64,000 nucleotides of DNA from a bacterium (GCA_963675755.2 CAXXMD010000003.1:896001-960000); one strand, 5' to 3'. Shown: positions 20,083 through 31,195, counted from the first letter of the stretch. Numbers and translations are program-made. Notes: generated by a model from the letters alone, not told the origin.

Positions 20083-22704
20083 TTAGGATAATTTACGTCG
20101 AATGATGCTTTCGGTTTCAAGCAAAGCATCCTGTAATTTTTCTACATCTTTGGCGCCGGCCAAAGCCATGTGCGGACTACCACCACCGCTGCCACCTGCA
20201 ATAGCCGCAACTTCTTTAACAATATCACCTGCTTTTAACTGGTGAGCATTAATCACATCTTTGGTAACTATGCACAAAAAGTTTACTTTATCATTAATTA
20301 CTGAACCCAGTACACCAACACCTGAACCCAGACTGTTTCTGAGAATGTCTCCGGCTGCTCGCAGCTCGTCTACGCTGCCAACATTCAACTTGCCCACAGC
20401 GAGTTTTACTCCATCTATCTCTTTAACAGATGCCAACAGGTCTTCTATGCTGTTTTTGGAACCTTTTTCACGCAGTGCCTTTAATTCCTGCTCCATGGCT
20501 TTTCGTTCTTCCAACAGAGACTGGATTCTTGCCTGCGTTTCATCCGGAGGACAGCCAAGCGTGCTTGCGCTTGCAATCAACAACTCGCGATTGTGGCGTT
20601 GATACTCGAATGCTTTAATACCTGTCAAAGATTCAATACGACGTGTACCCGCGGCAACCGCACTTTCAGTGGTAATTACAAATTCACCAATCTCTCCGGT
20701 AGCTCTGACATGGGTACCCCCACACAATTCGCGGGAATAACCGTCAATCTCTACCATGCGGACCTCGTCGCCATATTTTTCACCAAAAAGAGCCATTGCA
20801 CCCATTTCTTTGGCTTTATCTATATTCATAATCTGCCAGGTTGTAGCACGGTTTGCCAATATATTATGATTAACAATGGATTCAATTTCTTTAATGTCGT
20901 CATCACTGACTTTTTCAAAATGCGTAAAGTCAAAACGCATATAATCCGGATGTACCAGCGAGCCCGCCTGATGTACGTGATCACCCAAAACGGTACGAAG
21001 CGCTTTGTGCAGCAAATGGGTCACGGTGTGGTTGCGCTCGGTTGCACGACGTTTTTCAATATTGATCTCGGCATAAACGGAATCACCCGCCTTGGGCGGT
21101 GTGCCGCTTTCCAACTCTCCAATGTGAACAATATGTTCACCCATATTCTTGGTATTCTCTACCCGGAATTTGAAATGATCGTTGAAAATATGCCCTGTAT
21201 CGCCTACCTGACCACCGGATTCCGCGTAAAACGGACTGTGGCGCAGTACAATACGGCCCTGTTCATAATGTAAAATTTCAGTCTCGGTTTCGTCCTTGAT
21301 GTAACCCACAAATTCGGATTTTTCTTCACCGGCATCTACCTGAATGGTGTCGTAAACCAGTTTCCTGTCTTTGCCGGAACGTTCACGCTGCTGTTCCATT
21401 TCACTGTTGAACGCTTCGGTATCTACAGACAATCCTTTTTCCTCTGCCATTAACTCGGTCAGATCAAGGGGGAACCCATAGGTATCATGCAGCAAAAACG
21501 CGTCTTTACCCGAGAATACTGTTGTACCCGCAGACTGGGCAGCACTTGCTTTTTGCTCAAACAACTCGATTCCACGGTCAAGGGTACGGCCAAAGCTTTC
21601 TTCTTCTGCCTTGATAACCCGGGCGATATAATCTTTTCTTTCCGCAATTTCCGGATAAGCAGAACCCATTACCTCTATCAGTGGATCCAACAATTTATAA
21701 ATAAACGGTTCGCGCATATTAAGCACACGGCCAAAACGCGCACCACGTCTTAAAATTCTTCTCAAAACATAACCCCGGCCGTCATTGCTTGGTATAGCTC
21801 CGTCTGCAATAGCAAAGGAAAGCGCACGGATATGATCGGCAAGCACACGAAACGCCACACCTTCTTCTCCGTCACTATAGGGAACACCGGTGATTTTAGC
21901 AATAGCATCCAGGATAGGCGTAAAGACATCGGAATCGTAATTGGAATTTTTGTTCTGCATGACCGCAACAAGACGTTCAAAGCCCGCACCAGTATCCACA
22001 TGCTTGGATGGCAGCAAATGAAGCTTGCCCTGATCATCACGATTGTATTGTATGAAAACCAGGTTCCACAATTCAATATAACGCGCGCAGCCACTGTTCA
22101 CTTCACACACATGGTTAGGGTCTTTACTGTCACAAAACCCTTCTCCCCGATCAATATGAAGCTCGGAACAGGGTCCACAAGGACCGGTTTCACCCATTTC
22201 CCAAAAATTGTCTTTTTTATCAAATCTCATAATATGAGAATGGTCAATATCGGTACGTTTTTTCCATTCATTTTCAGCTTCTATATCTGCTTCCACACCG
22301 TCTTTAGCATCACCACTGAAAACCGTAGCATAAAGTTTATCTTTGGGCAATCCCCAAACATCGGTTATGAGCTCCCAGGCCCATTCTATGGCTTCTGCTT
22401 TAAAATAATCGCCAAAAGACCAGTTTCCCAGCATTTCAAAAAATGTGTGATGGTAAGTATCGCGCCCCACTTCTTCAAGGTCATTATGCTTGCCTGAAAC
22501 GCGAATACATTTTTGTGAATCTGCAATGCGACTGTGGGTAATTTGTCGACTGCCAAGGAAAATATCTTTAAACTGGTTCATACCGGCATTGGTAAACAAC
22601 AAGGTAGGATCGTCTTGCGGTACTACCGGTGCACTGTTAACAATGTGGTGCTGCTTGCTTTTAAAAAAATCTAAAAAAGATTGGCGAATCTCACTCGATG
22701 TCAT
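20083..22704 (-). CDS. alaS: Alanine--tRNA ligase
   Basis: LLFTNAGMNQFK, HHTFFEMLGNWSFGDYFK, LHDTYGFP, HTVTHLLH...CGGTH editing site; start most likely MTSSEIRQ at 22704. Confidence 0.98.
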   Translation of the reverse strand: MTSSEIRQSFLDFFKSKQHHIVNSAPVVPQDDPTLLFTNAGMNQFKDIFLGSRQITHSRIADSQKCIRVSGKHNDLEEVGRDTYHHTFFEMLGNWSFGDYFKAEAIEWAWELITDVWGLPKDKLYATVFSGDAKDGVEADIEAENEWKKRTDIDHSHIMRFDKKDNFWEMGETGPCGPCSELHIDRGEGFCDSKDPNHVCEVNSGCARYIELWNLVFIQYNRDDQGKLHLLPSKHVDTGAGFERLVAVMQNKNSNYDSDVFTPILDAIAKITGVPYSDGEEGVAFRVLADHIRALSFAIADGAIPSNDGRGYVLRRILRRGARFGRVLNMREPFIYKLLDPLIEVMGSAYPEIAERKDYIARVIKAEEESFGRTLDRGIELFEQKASAAQSAGTTVFSGKDAFLLHDTYGFPLDLTELMAEEKGLSVDTEAFNSEMEQQRERSGKDRKLVYDTIQVDAGEEKSEFVGYIKDETETEILHYEQGRIVLRHSPFYAESGGQVGDTGHIFNDHFKFRVENTKNMGEHIVHIGELESGTPPKAGDSVYAEINIEKRRATERNHTVTHLLHKALRTVLGDHVHQAGSLVHPDYMRFDFTHFEKVSDDDIKEIESIVNHNILANRATTWQIMNIDKAKEMGAMALFGEKYGDEVRMVEIDGYSRELCGGTHVRATGEIGEFVITTESAVAAGTRRIESLTGIKAFEYQRHNRELLIASASTLGCPPDETQARIQSLLEERKAMEQELKALREKGSKNSIEDLLASVKEIDGVKLAVGKLNVGSVDELRAAGDILRNSLGSGVGVLGSVINDKVNFLCIVTKDVINAHQLKAGDIVKEVAAIAGGSGGGSPHMALAGAKDVEKLQDALLETESIIRRKLS

Positions 22705-22870
22705 ATAAAAATCCTGTTTACAAATCAAAGAATAACTATAATCTCAAAAGATAAAAAAAATATCTCTATTAATCTAATAAAAAACAAACTCAAAAACAAC
22801 TTTTTAGCACAGCGTTTCATGTTTTTCAAAACACTAAAAAACGTAAACCATAGAGCTTTATGGTGCAATC

Positions 22871-24064
22871 CTATTTAATCTGAGCCAAAGCCTGCTCCAA
22901 GTCAGCAATCAATTCGTCCACATCTTCAATTCCAATGGACAAACGCAGCATACCATCGGTAATACCAATAGCTTCGCGTTCTTCACGTGTCAAGCCCACA
23001 TGCGATGTGGATGCCGGATGCATGATCAGGGTATCGATCTCGCCCAAACTGACTGTAAAGCTGCAAACCTTAACGCTGTTCATCACGGTTTTACCGGCAT
23101 CAAAGCCGCCTTTGACTTCAAAGGCCATCATACCGCCAAAACCCTGCATTTGAGATGCGGCAATATCATGGCAATGGTGTTCCGGCAATCCGGGATAAAA
23201 GACCTTGTTCACCTGATCGTGAGCTGATAAAAATTCTGCAATGCGCATGGCATTTTCACAATGTCGTTCAAGGCGCAAATTCAGGGTCTTGAGACCGCGT
23301 ATAGCAAGCCATGCGTTGAACGGGCTCATGACACCGCCAAACTTGCTCATAGTCGGGATTATCTCGCGAATTGTTTCCAGGTCGCTGACTATCATTCCAC
23401 CGATAATATCACCATGACCACCAATGTATTTTGTTGCGCTATGAACAACAATATCCGCTCCCAGATCCAATGGAGAACAGATGGGTGGCGGTGTAAAAGT
23501 ATTGTCTACAACCAGACGGATATTACGCTCTTTGGCAATTTCAGCCAATTTGCGGATATCAGAAACCACCAAATGCGGATTCCCAACAACTTCGGTGTAC
23601 AGAATTTTGGTCTTGTCCGTAATGGCCGCTTTGACTGCTTCCAGATCCGTAATATCAACAAAAGAGGTGTTGATCAGAAACGGTTCAAGGTGCTTTTTAA
23701 ACCAGGTACGGGTACCGCCATAAATAGCAGCAGAAGAGACAATATGATCGCCGGGTCTGACAAACGTCATTAAAGCGCTGCTGATTGCCGCCATACCCGA
23801 AGCTGCCGCTAATCCGGCTTCTGCATTTTCAAGCAGCGCCACCATATTGGCCAACAGGTCCGTGGTAGGATTGCCATCGCGGGTATAAATATAGCCTTCC
23901 TTTTTACCTTCAAATACATCCAACCCATCCTGGGCAGTTTCATATTCAAAATTCACAGTCTGGTAAATAGGAGGTACATGCGAACGTACCGGCTGTTCCG
24001 GCTGCGCTGCAGCATGGATCATCCTTGTACCATGTTTCAGTTTTTTTAATTCTTTATTATTCAA
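22871..24064 (-). CDS. PLP-dependent Cys/Met metabolism lyase (methionine gamma-lyase-like)
   Basis: PPIYQT, YTRDGNPT, SGMAAI, DNTF, HSATKYIGGHGD, VSLG, HPASTSH, LRLSIGIE. Confidence 0.88.
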   Translation of the reverse strand: MNNKELKKLKHGTRMIHAAAQPEQPVRSHVPPIYQTVNFEYETAQDGLDVFEGKKEGYIYTRDGNPTTDLLANMVALLENAEAGLAAASGMAAISSALMTFVRPGDHIVSSAAIYGGTRTWFKKHLEPFLINTSFVDITDLEAVKAAITDKTKILYTEVVGNPHLVVSDIRKLAEIAKERNIRLVVDNTFTPPPICSPLDLGADIVVHSATKYIGGHGDIIGGMIVSDLETIREIIPTMSKFGGVMSPFNAWLAIRGLKTLNLRLERHCENAMRIAEFLSAHDQVNKVFYPGLPEHHCHDIAASQMQGFGGMMAFEVKGGFDAGKTVMNSVKVCSFTVSLGEIDTLIMHPASTSHVGLTREEREAIGITDGMLRLSIGIEDVDELIADLEQALAQIK

Positions 24065-24704
24065 TATCCAATTGTTCCCAATTTTCCATTATATCACTAA
24101 CAATATCCCATGTAAAACCGCGGCGCAACAAAAAATCCGTTGCTTTCTTGCGCCCTTTATCTTCTTCATGAGACCTGTATCTTTTTTTTGCTTTCAACGC
24201 TACCTGAAGTGCAAATTCATACTCGCTGGTTTCTTCATAAGCAGCCTGAACGCCTTTTTCAATATCCTGCTCCGTCAATCCTTTGGTTCTTAATTCATTC
24301 CTGAGCATCCTGTTGCCGACGGGCTTGGTGATCATGCGATTTCGGGCAAACATGATTGAGAATTCAGTATCATTCAGCAAATTTAATCGTTCAAACTCGG
24401 CAAGCACCTCTTCAATCACTTCTGCCGATATTTTACTCTGACGAAAACGATCGCTCAATTCTTTTTTACTGCGCGCCCGCACTGCCAATAAACGGACACC
24501 CTTGTCTTTTGCTTGCTTCAATTCTTCAAGACGAACGATCTCGGCTATTTGCTTTTCATCCAGTTCATCGCCCTGGGCAATACCGGATTTGATCAGAACA
24601 TCCTGATCCAGGCCAAAAGCAAATTCTCCGTCTAGAAAAACAGAGACACGGCTCTTTCGTTTCTGCTGGATCTGTATGTCAGTGATTCGCCGGATTTCAG
24701 ACAT
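24057..24704 (-). CDS. recX: Regulatory protein RecX
   Basis: LLAVRARSKKEL, LLNDTEF, ELRTKGL, FLLRRGF; immediately after recA. Confidence 0.9.
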   Translation of the reverse strand: MSEIRRITDIQIQQKRKSRVSVFLDGEFAFGLDQDVLIKSGIAQGDELDEKQIAEIVRLEELKQAKDKGVRLLAVRARSKKELSDRFRQSKISAEVIEEVLAEFERLNLLNDTEFSIMFARNRMITKPVGNRMLRNELRTKGLTEQDIEKGVQAAYEETSEYEFALQVALKAKKRYRSHEEDKGRKKATDFLLRRGFTWDIVSDIMENWEQLDIE

Positions 24705-25774
24705 TATTTATCGTCAGTTTTTTCTTCTTTTTCTACTTTTTCTTTTTCTGCTTCTTTTTCAGGTTCCTCATCAGACGGAATTAGATCCAAAGCTTTTCTC
24801 ACTTTGATTTCAATTTCTTCAATCATTGCAGGATTTTCAGACAAGTAACGCTTTACATTTTCACGTCCCTGGCCCAGTCTTTCTTCTCCATAAGAGAACC
24901 AGGCACCTGATTTTTCTATAATTTCCTTATCAACCGCCAGATCAAGCAGATCACCGGTTTTAGATATACCTACACCGTAAATAATATCAAACTGGGTTTC
25001 ACGGAATGGCGGCGCAACTTTATTCTTAACAACTTTGACCTTGGTGCGGTTACCAATTACATTTTCGCCATCTTTGATGGAGGCAACACGACGAATATCC
25101 AACCGAACAGATGAATAAAATTTAAGCGCGCGACCACCGGTTGTCGTTTCAGGACTTCCAAACATAACACCGATCTTTTCACGGATCTGGTTAATAAAGA
25201 TAACCGAACACTTTGACTTGCTGATTGCCGCGGTCAATTTACGCATAGCCTGAGACATTAATCTGGCCTGCAAACCCATCTGCGCGTCACCCATGTCACC
25301 TTCAATTTCAGCACGGGGAACCAATGCCGCAACAGAATCCACTACAATAACATCCAGTGCGTTACTACGGACCAGGGTTTCTGTAATTTCAAGGGCCTGT
25401 TCACCGGTATCCGGTTGAGAAATTAACAGATTGTCTGTATCTACACCCAGTTTTTTCGCATAACCGGCATCCATTGCGTGCTCTGCATCTATAAACCCTG
25501 CCAGGCCGCCAAGTTTTTGTGCTTCTGCAACAATATGTAATGCCAACGTGGTTTTGCCTGATGATTCCGGACCATATATTTCAATAATTCTGCCTCTGGG
25601 GATACCGCCAATACCAAGTGCGGCATCAAGAGAAATGGAGCCAGTGGGAATACTATCGATTGCAATTTTTTTATTCTCACCCAGCCACATGATAGACCCT
25701 TTACCATACTGGCGCTCTATTTGACTCATTGCCGAGTCTAATACACTTTTGCGTTCATTCTTCTGTTCAGCCAT
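24704..25774 (-). CDS. recA: Recombinase RecA
   Basis: [44 protein letters not shown]. Confidence 0.99.
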   Translation of the reverse strand: MAEQKNERKSVLDSAMSQIERQYGKGSIMWLGENKKIAIDSIPTGSISLDAALGIGGIPRGRIIEIYGPESSGKTTLALHIVAEAQKLGGLAGFIDAEHAMDAGYAKKLGVDTDNLLISQPDTGEQALEITETLVRSNALDVIVVDSVAALVPRAEIEGDMGDAQMGLQARLMSQAMRKLTAAISKSKCSVIFINQIREKIGVMFGSPETTTGGRALKFYSSVRLDIRRVASIKDGENVIGNRTKVKVVKNKVAPPFRETQFDIIYGVGISKTGDLLDLAVDKEIIEKSGAWFSYGEERLGQGRENVKRYLSENPAMIEEIEIKVRKALDLIPSDEEPEKEAEKEKVEKEEKTDDK

Positions 25775-25791
25775 AACTTGATCCTGTCTTA

Positions 25792-26352
25792 TTAAATGTT
25801 GATATGATATAACGGAGTATATACAGCACCGGAAGGTTTTAACTCACTTTTCATCACAATAACTTTATCTGCTGTAAATGTTCCGAATTCTTTAACAATA
25901 GTTTGTAATTCATTAGAAACGCTGTCAATACCATCAGTTTCTTTAATCCTGCCAATCGTCAAGTGCGGAGAAAACCGGCGCTTTTCTTTTTCGTAACCCA
26001 GTTCTTCCAATTCCGTTTCTATAGCTTGCTGACAACGCACCATTTCTCCCGTGGGTTCATTCACACCAATCCAGTATACCCGGGGATTTCTAAAATTGGG
26101 AAATGCTCCTGCTCCTTTAACCGTAATTTCCGCAGGGTGGCAAGAGGTTACTGCCCGTCTAACAGCGTCATCAATATCAGTCAGGCTATCTTCTTTTACG
26201 TCACCTAAAAATTTCAAAGTCAGGTGAATACCATCAGGGTTCACCCAGCGGACACCGAGTCCCAATGGTTTCAATTGCGCCTGCAATTCACGAATTTCAT
26301 TTCGTATGCCTGAAGGTATTTCAAAACAAATAAATGTTCGGATATATGCCAT
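25792..26352 (-). CDS. thpR: RNA 2',3'-cyclic phosphodiesterase (2H family)
   Basis: Two HxT motifs: HLTLKFLG and FSPHLTIGR. Confidence 0.92.
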   Translation of the reverse strand: MAYIRTFICFEIPSGIRNEIRELQAQLKPLGLGVRWVNPDGIHLTLKFLGDVKEDSLTDIDDAVRRAVTSCHPAEITVKGAGAFPNFRNPRVYWIGVNEPTGEMVRCQQAIETELEELGYEKEKRRFSPHLTIGRIKETDGIDSVSNELQTIVKEFGTFTADKVIVMKSELKPSGAVYTPLYHINI

Positions 26353-26353
26353 A

Positions 26354-27598
26354 TTATGGCTCCATACCCAATATTTTTTTGCGCAGCAGGTCTAAAGCAA
26401 CCTGTGAAAATCGTTCCTTATTGCCGAGACGATCATTGAAAAAAGTTCTTTTCTTGAATGTGGTTCCATTGGCATCGGCATAACCAACATACACAAGTCC
26501 TACCGGTTTTTCATCTGTACCGCCGGTTGGTCCGGCTATACCTGTTGTGGATACGGCATAATCGGCACCAAAACGTTCACGGGCACCTTTGGCCATAGCC
26601 TGAGCCACTTCTGCACTAACGGCACCATGCTTTTCAATCAATTCAGGAGGCACACCCAAAATATCCATCTTGGCCTGATTGCTGTAACTGACAACACCTC
26701 CCAGCAAAAACACAGAACTGCCGGATATATTGGTAAACTTGTTTGCAATTAATCCGCCCGTGCAGGATTCCGCAATGGCAAGGGTTTGCTCTTTTTCTGT
26801 CAGCAATTGCGCCAGGGCATCCTCAAGCGGCATATCGTTTTCAGCATATATAAATGCTTCTATATTTTTACGCAGCATGATTTCAGCCTGCTGCAAAAGC
26901 TCCAGTGCTTTAGATTCTGTTCCCGCTTCCGAAATCATACGAATCTTGACTCCGGAAAGATTGGGCAAAAACGCAATTTTGGCAAGGTTTTCAATCTCGC
27001 CTACATTGCCTATCTTTTCAAACAGTGTGCTTTCGGGAATACCGGTTGTTGCCAGGGTTTTTCTGACTTTGAAGGTCCCTGTGGTGCGTTTGCGGATATC
27101 ATCCAGAATAAAGCTCTGCATCATGCCTTTCATTTCACGCGGAACACCGGGAAGTACATAAAAACGCTTTTCATTGCGGGTGAACACCATTCCGGCAGCA
27201 GTACCCAGCTTGTTCTCTATTATTTCCGCGGATTTTGGCACCAAAGCTTGTTCTTCATTCACCTTGACCATGGGAACATTGCGTTTTCTGAACCGTTCTT
27301 TGACCTGTTCAAGGAGCTTTTCGCTCAAAATCAGTTCATCATTGAAATATTCGGTCATAACCGTCTTGGTAATATCGTCATGTGTTGGCCCCAAACCGCC
27401 TGTGACCAGTATTGAATCCGCGCGAGATTCAGCGGTTTTGAGCGCATCTATCAAATGTGATCGATCATCACCAATAGTTGTGACCCATTTTACCTGAATT
27501 CCAATATTTAAAAGCTGATCTCCCATCCAGCTTGCATTTGTATTTACGGTTTGGCCGATTAACAGCTCATCTCCGATGGAAATTATTTCTATATTCAT
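26354..27598 (-). CDS. cinA: Competence/damage-inducible protein A (MocF + PncC domains)
   Basis: IGDELLIG, GGLGPTHDD, LPGVPREM, AESCTGG, GAVSAEVA, TTGIAGP. Confidence 0.95.
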   Translation of the reverse strand: MNIEIISIGDELLIGQTVNTNASWMGDQLLNIGIQVKWVTTIGDDRSHLIDALKTAESRADSILVTGGLGPTHDDITKTVMTEYFNDELILSEKLLEQVKERFRKRNVPMVKVNEEQALVPKSAEIIENKLGTAAGMVFTRNEKRFYVLPGVPREMKGMMQSFILDDIRKRTTGTFKVRKTLATTGIPESTLFEKIGNVGEIENLAKIAFLPNLSGVKIRMISEAGTESKALELLQQAEIMLRKNIEAFIYAENDMPLEDALAQLLTEKEQTLAIAESCTGGLIANKFTNISGSSVFLLGGVVSYSNQAKMDILGVPPELIEKHGAVSAEVAQAMAKGARERFGADYAVSTTGIAGPTGGTDEKPVGLVYVGYADANGTTFKKRTFFNDRLGNKERFSQVALDLLRKKILGMEP

Positions 27599-27615
27599 AA
27601 AATCACTTTACCAAA

Positions 27616-28089
27616 TCAAGAAACATGATAAATAAACCGGAAAATGATCTGTAACACCAGGTTACTATAGATTCCTGCCATTACGTCATCTGCCATAATA
27701 CCCATACCGCCTTTGATTTTTTCCATCCGGTTCACCGGGAAAGGTTTTATAATATCAAATATCCGGAATGCAAAAAAAGCGGCAACATAGATGATCCAGT
27801 GTTTTGCGGGCAAAGCGATAACCGTAATCATCATACCTACAACTTCATCCCAGTTGACTTTGCCAGGATCTTTGCCCCATTCAGTCTCAGCAATGTCAGA
27901 TGCCCAAACGCCAATCACAAAAAAGATTGCAGACGCAATCACCAGAGTCAGCCATGACAAGGGCGGCAAAAACCATAAAACAACAACAGCGATAAACGCA
28001 CCAACGGTACCGGGCGCAATGGGAAACAAACCGGAAAAGAATGTAGTTGCGATACAAAGCGCAGTATATTTTTTCATAAAATATCCCAA
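27616..28089 (-). CDS. pgpA: Phosphatidylglycerophosphatase A
   Basis: APGTVG, KDPGKVNWDEVVG, FRIFDIIKPFP, GIMADD. Confidence 0.92.
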   Translation of the reverse strand: MGYFMKKYTALCIATTFFSGLFPIAPGTVGAFIAVVVLWFLPPLSWLTLVIASAIFFVIGVWASDIAETEWGKDPGKVNWDEVVGMMITVIALPAKHWIIYVAAFFAFRIFDIIKPFPVNRMEKIKGGMGIMADDVMAGIYSNLVLQIIFRFIYHVS

Positions 28090-28145
28090 TCTTTTTTAAT
28101 ATGTATAATAAAAAAACTCTTTATTAAAGGCAAGATGAAAACAGG

Positions 28146-28742
28146 TTAAAAATCCATGCGTCCTTCAAGTGCTCTGGCCAATGTCAGCTCGTCTGCATAC
28201 TCCAGGTCTGCACCTACCGGTATTCCCCGGGCAATGCGAGACAATTTAATCCCCATAGGTTTAATCAACTTGGCAAGATATATCGCTGTGGCTTCACCCT
28301 CGGTGTTGGGATTGGTAGCAATAATGATCTCTTGAATATCATCCTTCAAGCGCGCAAGCAATTCTTTGATTCGCAAATCATCAGGCCCCACACCGTCCAG
28401 TGGAGATAAAACTCCACCCAAAACATGGTACAATCCCTTGTATTCTCCCGTCTTTTCAAAAGCAATAATATCATTAGCTTCTTCAACAACGCACAGGGTC
28501 TTTTTATCGCGCCGTTCACTGCGGCAGATATCACAAGGATCATCTTCTGTAATATTGAAACAAATCGTACAGTGTTTAACCTTTTCCTTCAAATCGGTCA
28601 ACGCTTTTGCAAGTCCCTGTACTTCTTCTGACGGCACTTTTAACAGATAAAAAACATGCCGCTGGGCGGATTTTCGTCCAACCCCCGGCAATTTACTGAG
28701 TTCATGTATAGCACGCTCTACAGCTTCGGATGAGTACTTCAT
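28146..28742 (-). CDS. recR: Recombination protein RecR
   Basis: LPGVGRKSA HhH, C4 zinc finger, YHVLGGVLSP Toprim, EGEATA. Confidence 0.97.
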   Translation of the reverse strand: MKYSSEAVERAIHELSKLPGVGRKSAQRHVFYLLKVPSEEVQGLAKALTDLKEKVKHCTICFNITEDDPCDICRSERRDKKTLCVVEEANDIIAFEKTGEYKGLYHVLGGVLSPLDGVGPDDLRIKELLARLKDDIQEIIIATNPNTEGEATAIYLAKLIKPMGIKLSRIARGIPVGADLEYADELTLARALEGRMDF

Positions 28743-28759
28743 AATCTATTCGCTTTATA

Positions 28760-29089
28760 TTAAAAGCCCGGAATTTTCATGTTGCCCATATTCGGAGTTA
28801 CTTTGGCCATTTCCTGGTCCGCGCGGGCTTTGGCATTTTCCATAGCCTGATTTACAGCAGCAAGCACCAGGTCTTCAAGCATTTCCACATCATCAGGATC
28901 AACCACTTCGGGATCAATTTTAATTTCAAGGATTCGCTGTGCGGCAGTTGCTTTTACATTTACCATTCCGCCACCTGCGGTACCTTCTACCTCTATGCTT
29001 GCCAGGTTTTCCTGTGCCTTTTCCATATCTCTTTGCATTTTTTGGGCCTGTTTCATCAGGTTTCCCATAGCTGCTTTATTCATAAACAC
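28760..29089 (-). CDS. ybaB: YbaB/EbfC nucleoid-associated protein
   Basis: MKQAQKMQ, GGGMV, DVEMLEDLVLAAVNQA; lies between dnaX and recR. Confidence 0.93.
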   Translation of the reverse strand: MFMNKAAMGNLMKQAQKMQRDMEKAQENLASIEVEGTAGGGMVNVKATAAQRILEIKIDPEVVDPDDVEMLEDLVLAAVNQAMENAKARADQEMAKVTPNMGNMKIPGF

Positions 29090-29096
29090 TCCTTGG

Positions 29097-30776
29097 TTAT
29101 TCTACAAATTCAGCATCAAATGTATCAACAATGTTTTGCATTGATTTATTTTCTTTAACCAGCTTTTCAAATTCTTCTTTTTTATCCGGCGGCGGCGCTA
29201 TCTTTCTCACTTCTTCCAATACGCCTTTTTTGTCCGGAACACAATTTATCCGCAATGACTGTCCGGTATGGTTTTGTATGGCTTCCTGAATGATCGACTT
29301 GTTCCGCTCAACCGTACTCATTTGAAAACCATTTTGGGGATTAAAGGAAATTTCCAGAACAGGGCCATTCACCCGTGTTGGCCAGCCTTCGGTTAAACAG
29401 GAACCCACATTAATGCGTTGGTCCCGCACCTGGTTCAATACTTTTTCCCATACGGCTTCAATATCTTCAAGGGTTAATGTTGTATCTGCTTCAGGAGCTT
29501 CCGTATCATCCGTTTTGGATTCACTTTGAACCTGGGTAGTATCCGGCTTTTTTATAAGATCAATGGAGAATTTTCTGGCAGGTGCAGGTTTGGCTTGGGC
29601 CTGGGGTTGAGCTATATCCGTTTTTTTTACGAAATCAGCTTTTTTTTTTACATCATCAAGTCTTTGAAACAACTGATTCACGGTAACGCTCTTGCTCAGT
29701 TTGATCATTTTTACAAGCGCCACTTCAAGATGCAGACGCGCGTTAGAGCTGCGCCTTATGAGAGTTTCGGTCTCGCTGGCAATTTTCACCAGTCTCAGCA
29801 AATCTTCAACCTCAAATGCATCAACAACAGCCAGGTACCGTTGCGCATATTCTTCGGAAACATCCAGTTCATCTGTAGACTGGGTGGCCTTGGCCACCAG
29901 AATGTTTCTCAAATGTTCAGACAAGCCCATCAAAAATTCGCTGAAATCATATCCCTCAATAAAGATCTTGGCGGCCAACTGAACTCCGCCCTCAACATCC
30001 CCTTGCAGGATCAGATCACTGACCTGAAAGAACAGTTCCTGATTAATAATTCCCAGCAGATTTTCTACATCCGCACCGGTAATGGTTTTGCCGGCATAAG
30101 CAATAATTTGATCGAGAATACTTTGCGAGTCACGCATACTGCCGTCACCCTTGTTGGCAATATGGCGCAGGGCTTCATCTTCAATCTCGATATCTTCCTG
30201 TTTACACAGGTTCTTCAACTGCTCAATTAATCCCTTGTTGGTAATACGTTTAAAATCAAAACGCTGACAACGGGACAAAATGGTTGCCGGAAGCTTGTGG
30301 GCTTCGGTAGTTGCAAATACAAACAAGACGTTTTTGGGGGGCTCTTCAAGGGTTTTCAGCAAAGCGTTAAATGCTTCATTGGTTAGCATATGAACTTCAT
30401 CAATGATATAGATACGGTGTTTTCCGGGATTGGGAGAATAGCGCAAACTCTCACGCAGATTCCTAACCTCATCAATACCACGGTTAGACGCACCATCAAT
30501 CTCAAAAACATCCAGACTTCGGCTTTCGTTAATCTCCTGACAGAATGAGCAGGTGTTACAGGGATTGATTGTAGGGCCGTTTTCACAGTTTAAAGCTTTG
30601 GAAAGAATTCTGGCCACTGTGGTTTTACCAACACCACGGGGACCGGAAAAAAGATAGGCATTTGCAAGACGGTTCTGCTCAATGGCATTTTGCAGCGTAC
30701 GGGTAACGTGCTGCTGGCCCACTACATCATCAAAGAACATGGGTCGGTATTTTCTGGCCAAAACCAAATAAGACAT
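29097..30776 (-). CDS. dnaX: DNA polymerase III subunit gamma/tau
   Basis: LARKYRP, GPRGVGKTT, C4 zinc motif, IIDEVHML, SRCQ, GSMRD. Confidence 0.97.
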   Translation of the reverse strand: MSYLVLARKYRPMFFDDVVGQQHVTRTLQNAIEQNRLANAYLFSGPRGVGKTTVARILSKALNCENGPTINPCNTCSFCQEINESRSLDVFEIDGASNRGIDEVRNLRESLRYSPNPGKHRIYIIDEVHMLTNEAFNALLKTLEEPPKNVLFVFATTEAHKLPATILSRCQRFDFKRITNKGLIEQLKNLCKQEDIEIEDEALRHIANKGDGSMRDSQSILDQIIAYAGKTITGADVENLLGIINQELFFQVSDLILQGDVEGGVQLAAKIFIEGYDFSEFLMGLSEHLRNILVAKATQSTDELDVSEEYAQRYLAVVDAFEVEDLLRLVKIASETETLIRRSSNARLHLEVALVKMIKLSKSVTVNQLFQRLDDVKKKADFVKKTDIAQPQAQAKPAPARKFSIDLIKKPDTTQVQSESKTDDTEAPEADTTLTLEDIEAVWEKVLNQVRDQRINVGSCLTEGWPTRVNGPVLEISFNPQNGFQMSTVERNKSIIQEAIQNHTGQSLRINCVPDKKGVLEEVRKIAPPPDKKEEFEKLVKENKSMQNIVDTFDAEFVE

Positions 30777-30805
30777 ATCGTTACCGCTTGCTTGTTAAAA
30801 TTAAT

Positions 30806-30902
30806 AGCCAGGTGATCCTGCGGCACACAGATTGAGTACATACCGCTGCTACCTTCCGGTCCTGACGGGGTTTAGCACGCCTCCGTTGCGCAGGGCCTGG
30901 CT
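30806..30902 (-). ncRNA. ffs: Signal recognition particle small (4.5S) RNA
   Basis: Conserved helix 8 CCGTCAGGACCGGAAGGTAGCAGCGG; terminal stem AGCCAGG/CCTGGCT; conserved position upstream of dnaX. Confidence 0.93.
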
Positions 30903-30983
30903 TACATTTCAAATACATTTTCAATAATGGCTTTGCAATAGCCACATAAAAAAAGAACTTGTCAAACAATGACAAGTTGAAAG

Positions 30984-31069
30984 CGGAGAGGGCGGGATTC
31001 GAACCCGCGGTAGGGGTTGCCTACACACGCTTTCCAAGCGTGCTCCTTAAGCCACTCGAACACCTCTCC
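30984..31069 (-). tRNA. tRNA-Ser(GGA)
   Basis: Cloverleaf with anticodon arm CACGC-TTGGAAA-GCGTG, long variable arm, GTTCGAATC; CCA not encoded. Confidence 0.95.
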
Positions 31070-31094
31070 GGGTAAAAATAAAGTTTTTTATGTG

Positions 31095-31179
31095 CGGAGA
31101 GACAGGGATTCGAACCCTGGGTACCCGAAGGCACAACGGTTTTCGAGACCGCCCGATTCAACCACTCTCGCATCTCTCC
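31095..31179 (-). tRNA. tRNA-Ser(CGA)
   Basis: Anticodon arm GCGGT-CTCGAAA-ACCGT, long variable arm with TTCG loop, GTTCGAATC. Confidence 0.95.
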
Positions 31180-31195
31180 GATTGGTGCGTTCATG

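Noticed and set aside
24057-28145. SOS/LexA box for the pgpA-cinA-thpR-recA-recX operon
   Set aside because: No convincing palindrome seen; the operon itself is a well-known arrangement.
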